DNA of 64,000 nt from Octopus vulgaris (taxonomy: Eukaryota), in assembly GCA_951406725.2 (NCBI GenBank), contig OX597823.1, forward strand, positions 116,374,001 through 116,438,000, in the 5' to 3' direction. Shown here in pieces: positions 1 through 11,595 of the stretch. The position numbers and the translations under genes were made by a program. The stretch's first letter is position 1. Each line of letters starts with the position of its first letter. The notes under the pieces were generated by a model. The model ran no database searches. It was not told the DNA's origin and saw only the letters and a program-made list of their open reading frames with translations.

Positions 1-2534
1 ATTAGCAAAATTGCTAGATTTTAAACAGAATGTCTGGCAGTATATGTTTTGGATCTTTGCATTTTGTGTTCAAATTCTGCCTCTTCATGATGGGAAATGG
101 ATATTTATATTCCAGTTTATGTCTATAAATCACTAACATGAGATGGGGCAATATGTCAATTTGAGAAACTCTTTGGTTTCATCAATATACATGAGTACAG
201 ACCCTACTGACTTGAAGTAAAGTTAGAATAGAATATATGCAAATGTATATTCTATACTAACATTGTATACACATTGATGCAATGTATGCAACTTCAATTA
301 TCTACTGAGAAGTTACGATCACTCTGTTCCCTCAATTCATATTGCTAGCACTGAAGAACTATCTTTGGTTATTCAGCTTTCTAATGCAGACCAACTACCT
401 CTTATAAAAGAATCCAAGTTCAAAGTAAGATTTTCATGAATTTTCTGTACATTCTCACACTGTTGTCATTCTTTTACTAAAGTAGATAGAAGACCATATA
501 TTCTGAGAGGTGAGTATAGTTGATTAAATTGACTCCAGTTATTCACTGCCATCTTATCAATCTCAAAAACGATGAAAGGCAAAGATGACTTTTACAGAAT
601 TTGAGCTGAGAATGTAAAGAGACACCAACGAATATCCCAGGCTATTTCATCCAATGCTCCACTGGTTTTGTGATCCACCACCTTCACACGATAAGATATC
701 TGTTGGTTCGTTATGTGCCAAATAATTCAGTATTTGGTATTGATTAAGGTTTTGTTCATTCAACTGTAATCAGTGTGTAGTCACCTTGAAAAGAGAAGGC
801 AAAACTACTTTTTCCTGATTTCCCAAAAGAGGACAGTTGCTTATAGCAATGACTGCTTCCCTGAACAGTAGAAACACCTTCAAATGGTTGTATTTTAGTA
901 TCTGGCATCTTAGAGATAGGTTTTTATGACTGATACTGCTTTGCCTATTTTTTTCTCCTCGTAGATATTTAGATTTATATATTTCCAACATAAACAGAAC
1001 ACTGCTTCATTCCCTCTGCCGTTTTATGTTTCTGTCATTAAATTTAACATAGCTGTATTTTTTTCATCCATCAACAAATTGTGTTATTTGCTTTAGTCCG
1101 TTTTATATTTTTAACATTTTACAATTTCCTATTGCTACCTGCACTTATTTTACAACATTCTAATATATGTTGGAATTATTTTCAGCCAGGCTCATTGCAT
1201 CTTCATTTTTTTTTTTTTTTTGTGTCCTCATGTTCCATAGTCTTTTTTTTTCTTTTACTTTCTGTACTTTTTTTTATTTTGTCACTGTAAAAATCCCGAA
1301 CATTAGCTGGGAGAATGATTGCCTTAAAATATAGGTTCTTCTAGAAAAAATTATTTTGAGTTTTAACCAAAAGTCTTACAAGATGTTTCTTTTCTATAAT
1401 AATAACGAGAAATCGATGTGATTTTCTCTTTGATATTTTTGTTGTTCTTTTCCTTTCTTTCTCTCTCTCTCTCTCTCTCTCTTTGAGTCTCTCTCTCTCT
1501 CTCTCTCTCTCTGAGTCTCTCTCTTTCACTCTTCACGCACATCCACACACGCAAACACACCACACTGATGCATGCACTCACCCACACATACACATGTATA
1601 CGTACGCATAAACTTCTGAAAAGGAAAATAATATTTCCTCGAAATGATATGTAAAATTGATGGCCTGTCAGATAGATTTCGAAACAGTTTGAGCAAAATA
1701 ACGAAATTGTGCCTAAGAACAAGCCAAGAATATAACAGGGAAAAAAATATTGTCAAGAAAAGCTAAGAAATATTTCTTTATATAGAAACATTAGCTTTTC
1801 TCTTGAAACTTTTAAGAAAAGTTCAAACACTCAACATTAAAGGAGTAAAATTTACAAAGTGAATTCAGGTTTTATCTCATATAGTTATAACATAGATCTA
1901 TGTACGTAGGTGGATGTGTGAGAGGGTAAAAGAGAGAAGGAGAGAGTCCCACACTCTCCCTCTCTATTCATCTATCTATCTATCCATCTCTCTTTCTCTC
2001 TCTGCAACATTTGTTGAAAGATTATTCAAGAATGAGAGGAAAATTAAATAGAAAGAATTAAAATATATGAGAGAAACTATATTGGCAATCTTGGCAGATT
2101 CACGCACATGCATACACACACACACACATGCATGCACACACGCATACACACACAAACTCAAACCTTTCTCATTCATCTATACCTTATTTTTCTCACACAC
2201 TCCCTCTCTTTCTTACCCTCTATCTTTTCCTCTCTCTCTCTCTCTCTCTCTCTCATAAAATTTAGAATCTGAGAAAATTGGCATCATCATCATCATCACC
2301 ATCATTGACGTTCGTGTTTTTACATTCACCAAAACTGCCCAATCTCTGCTGGCCTGAGTTGGACAGCATCACCAAGGCAATGTTTTATGACTGGACATCT
2401 TCCTGTTGCCAACTCTTTTATTTGCTTCTGAAACACGCAGAATGAATGTTGTTTCCCTCTTCTAAAGCCAGGATACACACACAGTTGAGAGAGCTGCTTT
2501 CTTGCAATGAGTAAAAGAACGTTTCAAACAGTTT

Positions 2535-2652
2535 TTCTTCTTCTTCTTCTTCTTCTTTGTCTTCTTCTTCTTCTTCTTCTTCTTCTTCTTCTTCTTCTTC
2601 TTCTTCTTCTTCTTCTTCTTCTCCTCTTCCTCCTCCTCCTTCTTCTTCTTCT
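2535..2652. repeat. (CTT)n trinucleotide microsatellite
   Basis: Near-pure cttcttctt run; explains the poly-K/poly-R ORFs 2462..2731 and 2524..2727. Confidence 0.95.
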
Positions 2653-3369
2653 TAGACAGAGAGAAATATAAGGAAAGAGTGATTGAGTGAGTGAGGTGAG
2701 TGACTGACTGACTAACTGACCAACCAACCAACTGACCGATTGACCCTATACAATCGACTCACCCTATACAGAGACGTCATCATTTCCAAGAGAAAGAGAC
2801 TAAAATATATAACGAGATGTTTTCACTTTCAACCCAAAATTTGTTTATGGTTTAATCATATTACAAAAGGCACCGCTTGCAACCTCCTTGCAGGATCTCC
2901 AAGCTTTGTAGAGTGATGAGGAGGAAGAGGAAGAACTCATGAGACTTGGTCCAAATACTTGCAACAAAGTGGTCCCTGCTAATGCTCCCCAAGGACCAAG
3001 TGGTGGTGACATTAAACCAGGCAATAGATGAAGTGACCTACCTGAGAACAGAAATAGGTTTTCAAGTAACTTCCATTGTTTTCTCACAAGCAATTCCACT
3101 TCACCATTATAAAACTGGAATGAATGATAATAAAAAATGGGATTAGACTTTTTTTTCCCTTTGAAAATGAATGTAAACAAAGTTAGAATTCTTGAAATAT
3201 AATGTGTTTCTTCAGGACTGCTCTCCCATGCAATACTCTTCTGCCATAGAGGAAATTAAGAGTTACCCCATTTTATTGAGATTGAGTGTGATTTTGTTGT
3301 CATTTCTTGCAGGTTGTGTGACTACATAGATACACCTCAAGATAACTAAGTTCTATAAGGTGTTACATC

Positions 3370-3553
3370 TATTTCTTTACTACCCACAAGGGGCCAAACA
3401 CAGAGAGGACAAACAAGGACAGACAAACGGATTAAGTCGATTATATCGACCCCAGTGCATAACTGGTACTTATTTAATCGACCCCGAAAGGATGAAAGGC
3501 AAAGTCGACCTCGGTGGAATTTGAACTCAGAATGTAGTGGCAGACGAAATACC
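3370..3553 (-). mobile_element. SINE family A copy (head-truncated)
   Basis: Near-identical to more than 10 other copies in the window (core gtcgactttgcctttcatcctttcggggtcgat, tail tagccccttgtgggtagtaaagaaata). Confidence 0.85.
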
Positions 3554-4169
3554 TTAAACTGTCTTCTTCAGGTGTTGCCATATGTAACCAGACGAATCTA
3601 GGTTATACACTAAATAACATTAGATTGCAAATGAAATCCTAAATTGTTTTGTAATTTGAATATCTATTTACATATTCCAGTATAAATGGTAGAAATTCGA
3701 ACACACTTTACCAAGAAACTATCATTAAAGCCACCACTCATATTTATAATCTGGCACCAAATAGTTTGTAAAATTTTAAAATACTTTAAAAAAAACCCAA
3801 GAAATAATAAAATTTATAGTCCATTTATTTTCCACTGTCTACTTCCCCACTGACTCTTCCAACTCCTTACACTTGTCATGTACCGTAAAAGTTTATCACC
3901 AATTTTATCCAAATTATGATTTAAATGTCAGAATTTAAAAGTTCTCAATCTTTTACAGTTATCTATTTTTGAGGTTAGCTGTATTCTATACTTTATTTCT
4001 TGAAATGCCATGTCAATAATATATATGATATCATTTTTCATTGTCCTTAATCCATACACTTGATATATGGTTTATACTTTACCACTGATACTGGTCACAT
4101 AATTCAATTTACTCTCAACTGAGCTATATTTTACATCAATACCCCCCCATCTCTCACCCCACCTCTCTA

Positions 4170-4198
4170 TTATATATATATATATGTATGTATATATG

Positions 4199-4232
<34 letters not shown>

Positions 4233-4262
4233 TATATATGTATATATGTATATATGTATATA

Positions 4263-4293
<31 letters not shown>

Positions 4294-4565
4294 GAATGTA
4301 TATATGTATATATATGTATGTATATATGTATATATATGTATGTATACATATATATATGTATATATGTATATATATATATATGTATATATATACATATATA
4401 TATGTATATGTATGCATATATATGTATGTATATATATATGTATGTATATATATATATATATGTATATATATGTATGTATATATATATATATGTATATATA
4501 TATGTGTATATATATATGTGTGTGTATATATATATGTGTGTATACATATATGTATGTATATATGG

Positions 4566-4596
<31 letters not shown>

Positions 4597-4632
4597 TATA
4601 CATATATATATAAATTTATGTATATATACACA
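4170..4632. repeat. (TA)n/(TATG)n compound microsatellite
   Basis: Direct reading; source of the YIYI ORFs in 4072-4708. Confidence 0.97.
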
Positions 4633-5394
4633 CACAACCCCCCCTCTTCATATCGATGTTCAGTCAAACAGTTGTAGTCTTGGTTATCTTTTTTATCCCA
4701 GACACTAGTAAAGTTGATTTTTTTTTCTTTTCCCTCACAACATTTTAAAATTTATTTGCTTCAAACTGAACATTCCTTCTTAAAGTTCTATTTATTTTCT
4801 GTTACTTTTTAAAATTAATTTTTTACATTTATTTATTTATTTATCAAATTTTTTTATTATTATTTTTTCCTCTTTCATATTTTTGTATTTCTATTTCATA
4901 TTTACCATATTCTATTTATCCAACTAATTTTACAGGGAATTGAGATTTCACTTAATGTCTTTTTTCTGTCTTTTTCTGTATTACTTTCTCAGTAAGAACC
5001 ATGTGATGTATATATATTCTTTCATTCATTCATTTCTATATATCTTTTTCTGAGCTGGTATGGGTTAGGCATATATCTTATTAAGGCTTTGCTTTACAGC
5101 TTAATGTTTGTCCTGTTGTAAACCCTTACATGGTTTTCAAGTGAGGGACCTCTTCTTTGTCACATATCTTCAAAAGTGTGCAGTGAATGGATGACTTGTT
5201 TACAAAAGGGACCAGAACAACACTGTTCATAGTGAGTGACTTTCACAGAGCAAAAATGTAAATAAGCTTACACACACACACATACATGCTTATATACATC
5301 TACATGTGCACACACATATATATATATATATATGCACAACAGGCTTCTTTCAATTGTTACACCTTAATGACACTTGCCCGTGCCTATATATATA

Positions 5395-5499
5395 TATATA
5401 TAAAATATAAATTAGAGATAAAACCACTATTATGCAACTCAAACAGGGATAGACATAATAGATAAATAGTGGTTTTATCTCTAATTTATATTTTATATA
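5395..5499. repeat. Inverted repeat, ~35 bp perfect arms with ~33 nt spacer
   Basis: tatataaaatataaattagagataaaaccactatt ... aatagtggttttatctctaatttatattttatata. Confidence 0.9.
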
Positions 5500-5575
5500 T
5501 TTATACTGTGAAATTTGATTTAATACTAAATTGATTTTTTCCCTGTAAGTTTGGAGTTATACTTCCTAATATTGT

Positions 5576-5631
<56 letters not shown>

Positions 5632-5868
5632 TTAAAAAACAATCCTTAAAAATGTTTTAGCCCGAAGGCCGCGGCCATGCTGGGGCACCATATATTTATA
5701 TATTTGTTTTGCAAGATTCTTAATGTGAAATCGTGTGTTGAAACAGATGTTGTTGTATTTAGGAATGGTTATTTTGCCAGTTTAGCCAATAAAAACACAC
5801 GCACTATATATTTGGTGTTAATTTGCTTCAGCGTTATTTATTTTTTACATTAATCTTAATTTTATTTC

Positions 5869-5913
5869 GGCCAGAGTTCTTTCATCACACTCCTGTGACC
5901 TCATCAGTGGTCC
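5869..5913 (-). ncRNA. Minimal type I hammerhead ribozyme motif (Penelope-like repeat context)
   Basis: Minus strand reads ggacca CTGATGA g gtcac aggagt gtgat GAAA gaac tc tggcc: intact CUGAUGA and GAAA cores, stem II gtcac/gtgat, stem I cca/tgg, very short stem III. Confidence 0.65.
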
Positions 5914-6048
5914 TTTGCTTTCTTCTTTCTTATTTGTGTGTCTCTCCTTACTAACGGTCAGCCATTTTGTATTTTGTATTCCTATTGTATAATAATGAAA
6001 TCGAAAAAATACCTTAGGAATGAGAACCCAGGTTCAAAATTTCCCCAA

Positions 6049-6094
6049 GACACCTGATGGAGGCTGGAGGGTGTATCAGCCGAAGCGTTCTGTT
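6049..6094 (+). ncRNA. Degenerate hammerhead ribozyme motif
   Basis: gacac CTGATGG a ggctg gagggtgtat cagcc GAAG cgtt ctgtt: perfect stem II (ggctg/cagcc), but both core boxes carry one A>G change. Confidence 0.5.
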
Positions 6095-6960
6095 AACAAA
6101 AAACATGATGAGGACAAATATCCGTCAAATGTAAATAATGTAAATAATAAGGATGCTCTCAGTTCTGTCTACCAAATGCACTTTAAAAGCTTTGGTTAGC
6201 TTGGGGCTGTGTCAAAAGACACTTATCCAAAGCTCCATGTTGTGGGACTGACCCAGAGGCCATGGAATTGAAGATGGAGATGCATACTTCTTACCATACA
6301 CATCTACCACCATCCTACCACTGCCTACTCCTACATCTTAGTTGAGAAAGAATACATATATATACATATATATATATACACACATACACACACACACACA
6401 TTCATACTTCCTCAATTTTATTTGCTTTTCTTGTCTAATTTCTTAATTTATTTAGTTAAATGATGCCCAAAGCCATCCTTCTTTATTATATCCGAGATAC
6501 CATTCTGTTGCATCACTTCATTCTATAAGAATCGAGGTTGGTTGGGGAAAACGGAATTTTATAGATCAACAAACATTAATGTCGCAATTTGAATAATTAG
6601 GTTTACTTCATTTATCTCACTTTCCGCTCATCTTTATTCCTTTTTTTTTGCTTGTTTTTATTCATACTGATTATGTTTTTTTATTTCCTGCACCATCCTG
6701 TCTAATTTGTTTAGTTTCTTAACTCTTCCCATACAATTGGCTTCATTTTACACAAGTTTGTATTATATTCACCATTGAATACTTGTTATATCACTTGACT
6801 GCTTCTCATGTTTAACTCAATATATTTGATATTTTCCATGTAGTTTTTTTCTTTCTTTTATATATGTTTATTGTCATTCTTTGCATTATACTAATCTTGT
6901 TATTCGCTTTCCTCCTCCACATTTCACTTCTCCAACATAATTTCACTCCACCTAACCACA

Positions 6961-7011
<51 letters not shown>

Positions 7012-7829
7012 ACACACACACTCTCTCCACCCCTGACATTTTTCTGTGGAATATTTTCTCTAAAACTTGTCTCTAATTCGTTCTCTTCTTTTATTCCAAT
7101 CACCAGCTACTTTCTTTTAGTTTTTGAAGACCAAAGTCTTTTTCAAAAGCTGTTACCATTTATCAGCATCAGACCAGCCGACCCACGACTGGTCTCATTG
7201 ATTCTTGTTCAGTTTTGAACCAAAACAAAACAACAAAAAATTTGATGTTTCTTTCATATTACTAGTTTTATTCTCTTGCATTTGTTTTTTTTTATTATTA
7301 TTTAAAAAAATTTTGTTTATTTTATTTTGAACGTAGAAGTGTGAGTTGTAATTTCTTCAATGAATTATTAAAAACATCAGAGAATTTCTTAATAAAATAA
7401 AAACAGGGAGTTAAGATTTGTTCAAAATGATGTTAATTAAAGATGAAGAAGTTTCTCAATATTGAAAAATGAAATAAGAAAAAAGAGAAAAAAATCTTTA
7501 TCTTTTTCTCTGGTTTGACATTTTGATGTCAGCTTCTAACCTGACAACTAAAACTAACCTGACACTCAAATCAGCAACGGTATTCTCTGTAGTTCTCTCT
7601 ACTAACTGTCTGCCAATGGATGGACAAATTGCACTGTAATACTGTCCCACACTGAGTAGAATTGACATTCTCTGACTCACAGATATTTACTTGCATCTCT
7701 ACCACCACCAATAACCACAACCATCATTCAAGGTGACAGTCAGTCCACTGTCTTCTCTGGTACTTGGTGAAAACATGATGGAGACACAGCTGAGCACACA
7801 ACCACATACATACATAAATGCATACGTCT

Positions 7830-8250
7830 TTTATCTTTTACTTGTTTCAGTCATTAAACAACGGCCATGCTGGGGCACTGCCTTGAAGAATTTTAAGTCA
7901 TCTGAATCAAGCCTGGTGCTTACCTTTTGTTAAACCTGGTACTTATTCTATCGGTCACTCATCTTAGCAGAAATGCTAAGTTGAGGGAATGTAAACACAC
8001 CAACATCACTCGTAAAGCAACAGTGGAAGACACTCACACACGCACACACACACACACACACACACGCACGCACGCACACACACACACACACAGAGCTTCT
8101 TTCAGTTTCCACCCAAACCCACTCACCAGACTTTGGTAGGCCCAAGGCTACAGTAGAAGACACTCGCTCAAGGTGCCACATAGTGGGACTGAACCTGGAA
8201 CCGTGGTTCGGAAGGAAGCTTCTCACCATATAGCCACAACTGAGCCTGCA
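7830..8250 (-). mobile_element. SINE family B copy
   Basis: Matches the full-length copies at 13048 and 51669, including the internal (CA)n/(TG)n tract. Confidence 0.8.
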
Positions 8251-8435
8251 TACATACATCTGTATATAAGCACAGATATGGCTGGCTATGTGTTTAAGGA
8301 GCTCACTTTGCAACCATGTGGTTTTGGGTTCAGTCCCACTACACAGCACCTTGAGCAAGTGTCTTCTACTACAACCCCGGGTCAACCATTGCCTTGTGAG
8401 TGAATTTGGTAAATAACTGTTTGGAAGCTCTTCAT

Positions 8436-8485
<50 letters not shown>

Positions 8486-8614
8486 ATCAAAGTTTCATGT
8501 TTATCCCCATAGGTTTTCAATAGATTTCAGAGTCAGCATTTCAAGTTATGACGTTTCATAAACAAACATCTGTATGTCAACAAGATAATCAGAGACAGAG
8601 AAAATAGGAAATGA

Positions 8615-8660
8615 GTGTATATACATATTTCAAGACTTATTGCTCTTTCATCAGTACCAC
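8615..8660 (-). ncRNA. Possible minimal hammerhead ribozyme motif
   Basis: Minus strand gtggta CTGATGA aagagc aataa gtctt GAAA tatgta ta tacac; cores intact, stems imperfect. Confidence 0.4.
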
Positions 8661-9234
8661 ATCTGACCCATCAACTATCCACAAACACATCGCTTAAATG
8701 CCCACTATGTTTAATGGTGCAACACAACTGAATAGATCAATTTACATATTAAACACATTCCTAGCAACTGGTATATACATATTAACTACTGGTAAGGATA
8801 TAGCATTTCATTTTCCAACCATAATTTACTATCAAGTATATTACAAGTTTAGAAGTCAGTATTGTATCTTACTTTGTGTTAGTAGTGCAATATTTACACT
8901 TTTTCATCAGCACCAAATCTAATGTATCAACTGCCCACAAGCCCATTGCTTTAGCATTGACTAGTTTTACTGGTGTGACATATATAGCAAAGGTCCTTCT
9001 CAAGCCATAGTCTCATAAAGTATGCATTCCCCAATGGAGGGGATGCCAATCTGATATGCAAGATTACTCAGTTTTGCTAGATGAGTGGACTGCAACAACA
9101 CAAAATTAAATGTTTGTGCTCAAGAATACCCAGTCCAGGAACCGAAACCACAATCTTACAATCATGAGTGCAACATCTTTACCACTAAGCCACACATCTC
9201 CACATATATGTTTGTATGTATATCTCTTCTATTT

Positions 9235-9623
9235 TCTAATTATTATAAATCTTCCACTGAGGAGGGAGCCGGTTTCCAACAAAGATACAAGGCTCCCTCT
9301 TTGGGATGCAGTTAACATAAACAAATTCACATTAGGAACTTGAGAAAAGTCTTGCATATTTTAACTGTTCCACTCACAGATTGCACTTGTAATGTAGGAA
9401 TTAGCCGGTCAATTTCTCTTTCTGAAGATCCCAGTTTATCCAGATTCTTCTTTGTGCATTTACTAACAAAACTTATTTTTTCCAATTATTATTGGTACAA
9501 CTATGAATTCATAGTCTGGATATTGAAGCTGGAAGTTTCAAAGCACTTCTCCATAGATATCCTCCTTTCCTTCGATTTTCAAAGAGTTATTTAGAACTGC
9601 AGGGCAGCTGATCTCTATGATTG

Positions 9624-9627
<4 letters not shown>
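9235..9627 (-). mobile_element. R4/Dong-like non-LTR retrotransposon 3' end (restriction-like endonuclease remnant plus 3' UTR)
   Basis: Minus translation CTIIEISCPAVLNNSLKIEGKEDIYGEVL*NFQLQYPDYEFIVVPIIIG...LQVQSVSGTVKICKTFLKFLM* fits the RLE pattern E-x-(S/A)-x-P...K...Y...VVPIIIG; stops and frameshifts present. Confidence 0.75.
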
Positions 9628-9672
<45 letters not shown>

Positions 9673-10126
9673 GTGTGTGGGTGAGAGAGAGAGAGAGAGT
9701 GAATGAATGAATGAGTAAATATGTATGCATGTGCCCCTATGTCTGTATTTTCCCCACCACCTTGCTGCCATTTGACAACAAATATTGGTTTGTTTACATC
9801 CCTGTGACTTAGAAGTTCAGCCAAAGAGAAAGGTAAAATAAATACCAGACTTACAAAAATAAACAAGTCCTGGGGTCAATTTTTTTGACTAAACATTTGA
9901 AAGCAGTACCCACCATCATGGCTGCAGTCCAATGACCGGAAGAAATATGAAACACAAAAGATATATGTCAAATGTTTACATTCATAGCCCTTGCTTTAAT
10001 ACTCATCATAATTTTTATTTTCATCTATTATCACTCGCATCACATCACACTGCACCTCTATGTTTTTTCCCCTTTATTTCCTTTCTCTAATCATCTACTC
10101 TGTGTATGTGTATATATGTGTATGCA

Positions 10127-10167
<41 letters not shown>

Positions 10168-10639
10168 AAGCATTTACTGAGTATGTAGGTCTCTGATGCA
10201 TGGAGACCATCTCCTGCGTTCACTCCAAAATAATTTGTGTTGCTTTTCAATTACACCAGGGAAAAATTACACCGAATTCCAATTAGTTCTACTTGAATAC
10301 GATTCGCAAATTTTAAAATAATACTAATTACCTATCTTATTATAAGAACCTGTTTTAATTATTATATTTCAAACCTTGATTAATTTAGGGAGAGACAGCT
10401 TGTTTTATTGAGTGTCAGCTGACTGGTTGAAGTTTTGACAGCTCTCAGCCAATTACAATTGATGGGATCTATCTTTGCTGCTGATAATTAATCCTCAGTG
10501 TGGGGTTCAAAATATCCCAAAGGACTAGGGAAGCTCCTTCAGTATATCTCCTTTTAATTATAAAAACTTACTAAAGGCTTCCATAGTTGAGATCATAAGA
10601 ATTTTATAAACTTTTGAGTGCATCTCAAAGCATGCACAT

Positions 10640-10930
10640 CATTATCATCATCATCATCCTTTAATATCCATTCTCCATGCTGGCATGGGTTGGACGGTTT
10701 GACTAGAGCTGGTAAGCAGGAGAGCTGCACCAGGTTCCAGTCTGATTTGACTTGGTTTCTACAACTGGATGCCTTTCCTAACGCCAACCTTTACAGTGTG
10801 TGTTGAGTGCTTTTAATGTGGCACCACATGGGTGCTTTTAATGTGGCACCACATGGGTGCTTTTAATGTGGCACCAGCATGAATGTTGGTTCATGATGCC
10901 AGCATGAGTGTTTTTTAATGGTACTAGCAC
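10640..10930 (-). mobile_element. SINE family C copy with (CAT)n tail and internal ~25 bp tandem units
   Basis: catcatcat...ccatgctggcatgggttggacgg...ctggatgcctttcctaacgccaacc, then three copies of gtgcttttaatgtggcacca. Confidence 0.75.
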
Positions 10931-11029
10931 AAAAAAATATTTACATGCAATAAACATTAGCATGCAAGTATTCTTTTCTACTCTAGTCACAAGGCCTGAA
11001 ATTTTGGGGGAGGGGACCACTTGATTAGA

Positions 11030-11370
11030 TCAACCCTAGTATGCAACTGGTATTTAATTTAGCAACCCCGAAAGGATGAAAGGCAAAGTCGACCTCGGCG
11101 GAATTTGAACTCAGAACATAATTACAGATGAAATACCTATTTCTTTACTACCCACAAGGGGCTATATACAGAGAGGACAAACAAGGACAGACAAACGGAT
11201 TAAGTCGATTATATCGACCCCAGTGCATAACTGGTACTTATTTAATCGACCCCGAAAGGATGAAAGGCAAAGTCGACCTCGGTGGAATTTGAACTCAGAA
11301 TGTAACAGCAGATGAAATACCACTAAGCATTTCGCCCAGCATGCTAATGTTTCTGCCAGCTCACCACCTT
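11030..11370 (-). mobile_element. SINE family A head-to-tail dimer
   Basis: One unit with head plus a second, partial unit, joined at gaaatacc|tatttctttac. Confidence 0.85.
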
Positions 11371-11595
11371 AATAGCATATAAATATTGAGTGGGAAAAAC
11401 TATTTGGATTGCAAAAATCAAAGGCTGTCAATGGTAGAACGCTTGCCATGTCTATAAAAGATATGTGTTCATGCCCCACAGGCAGTCTCCAACTTTTTTA
11501 TCTAGAAGGAATTTTCAACCTAATATTTACATGTGCAGGAGTGGCTGTGTGGTAAGTAGCTAGCTTACCAACCACATGGTTCTGGGTTCAGTCCC

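Noticed and set aside
2845-3045. Possible minus-strand terminal exon (tttctgttctcAG then GRSLHLLPGLMSPP...)
   Set aside because: An acceptor-like site and open frame exist, but the peptide resembles nothing I recognise and no partner exons were found.
4072-4708. Long overlapping ORFs (up to 187 aa), and similar ones at 36.1-36.5, 38.1-38.7, 40.0-40.6, 48.2-49.3 and 56.3-56.9 kb
   Set aside because: Translations of stop-free (TA)n/(CA)n repeats (YIYI, HTHT); not genes.
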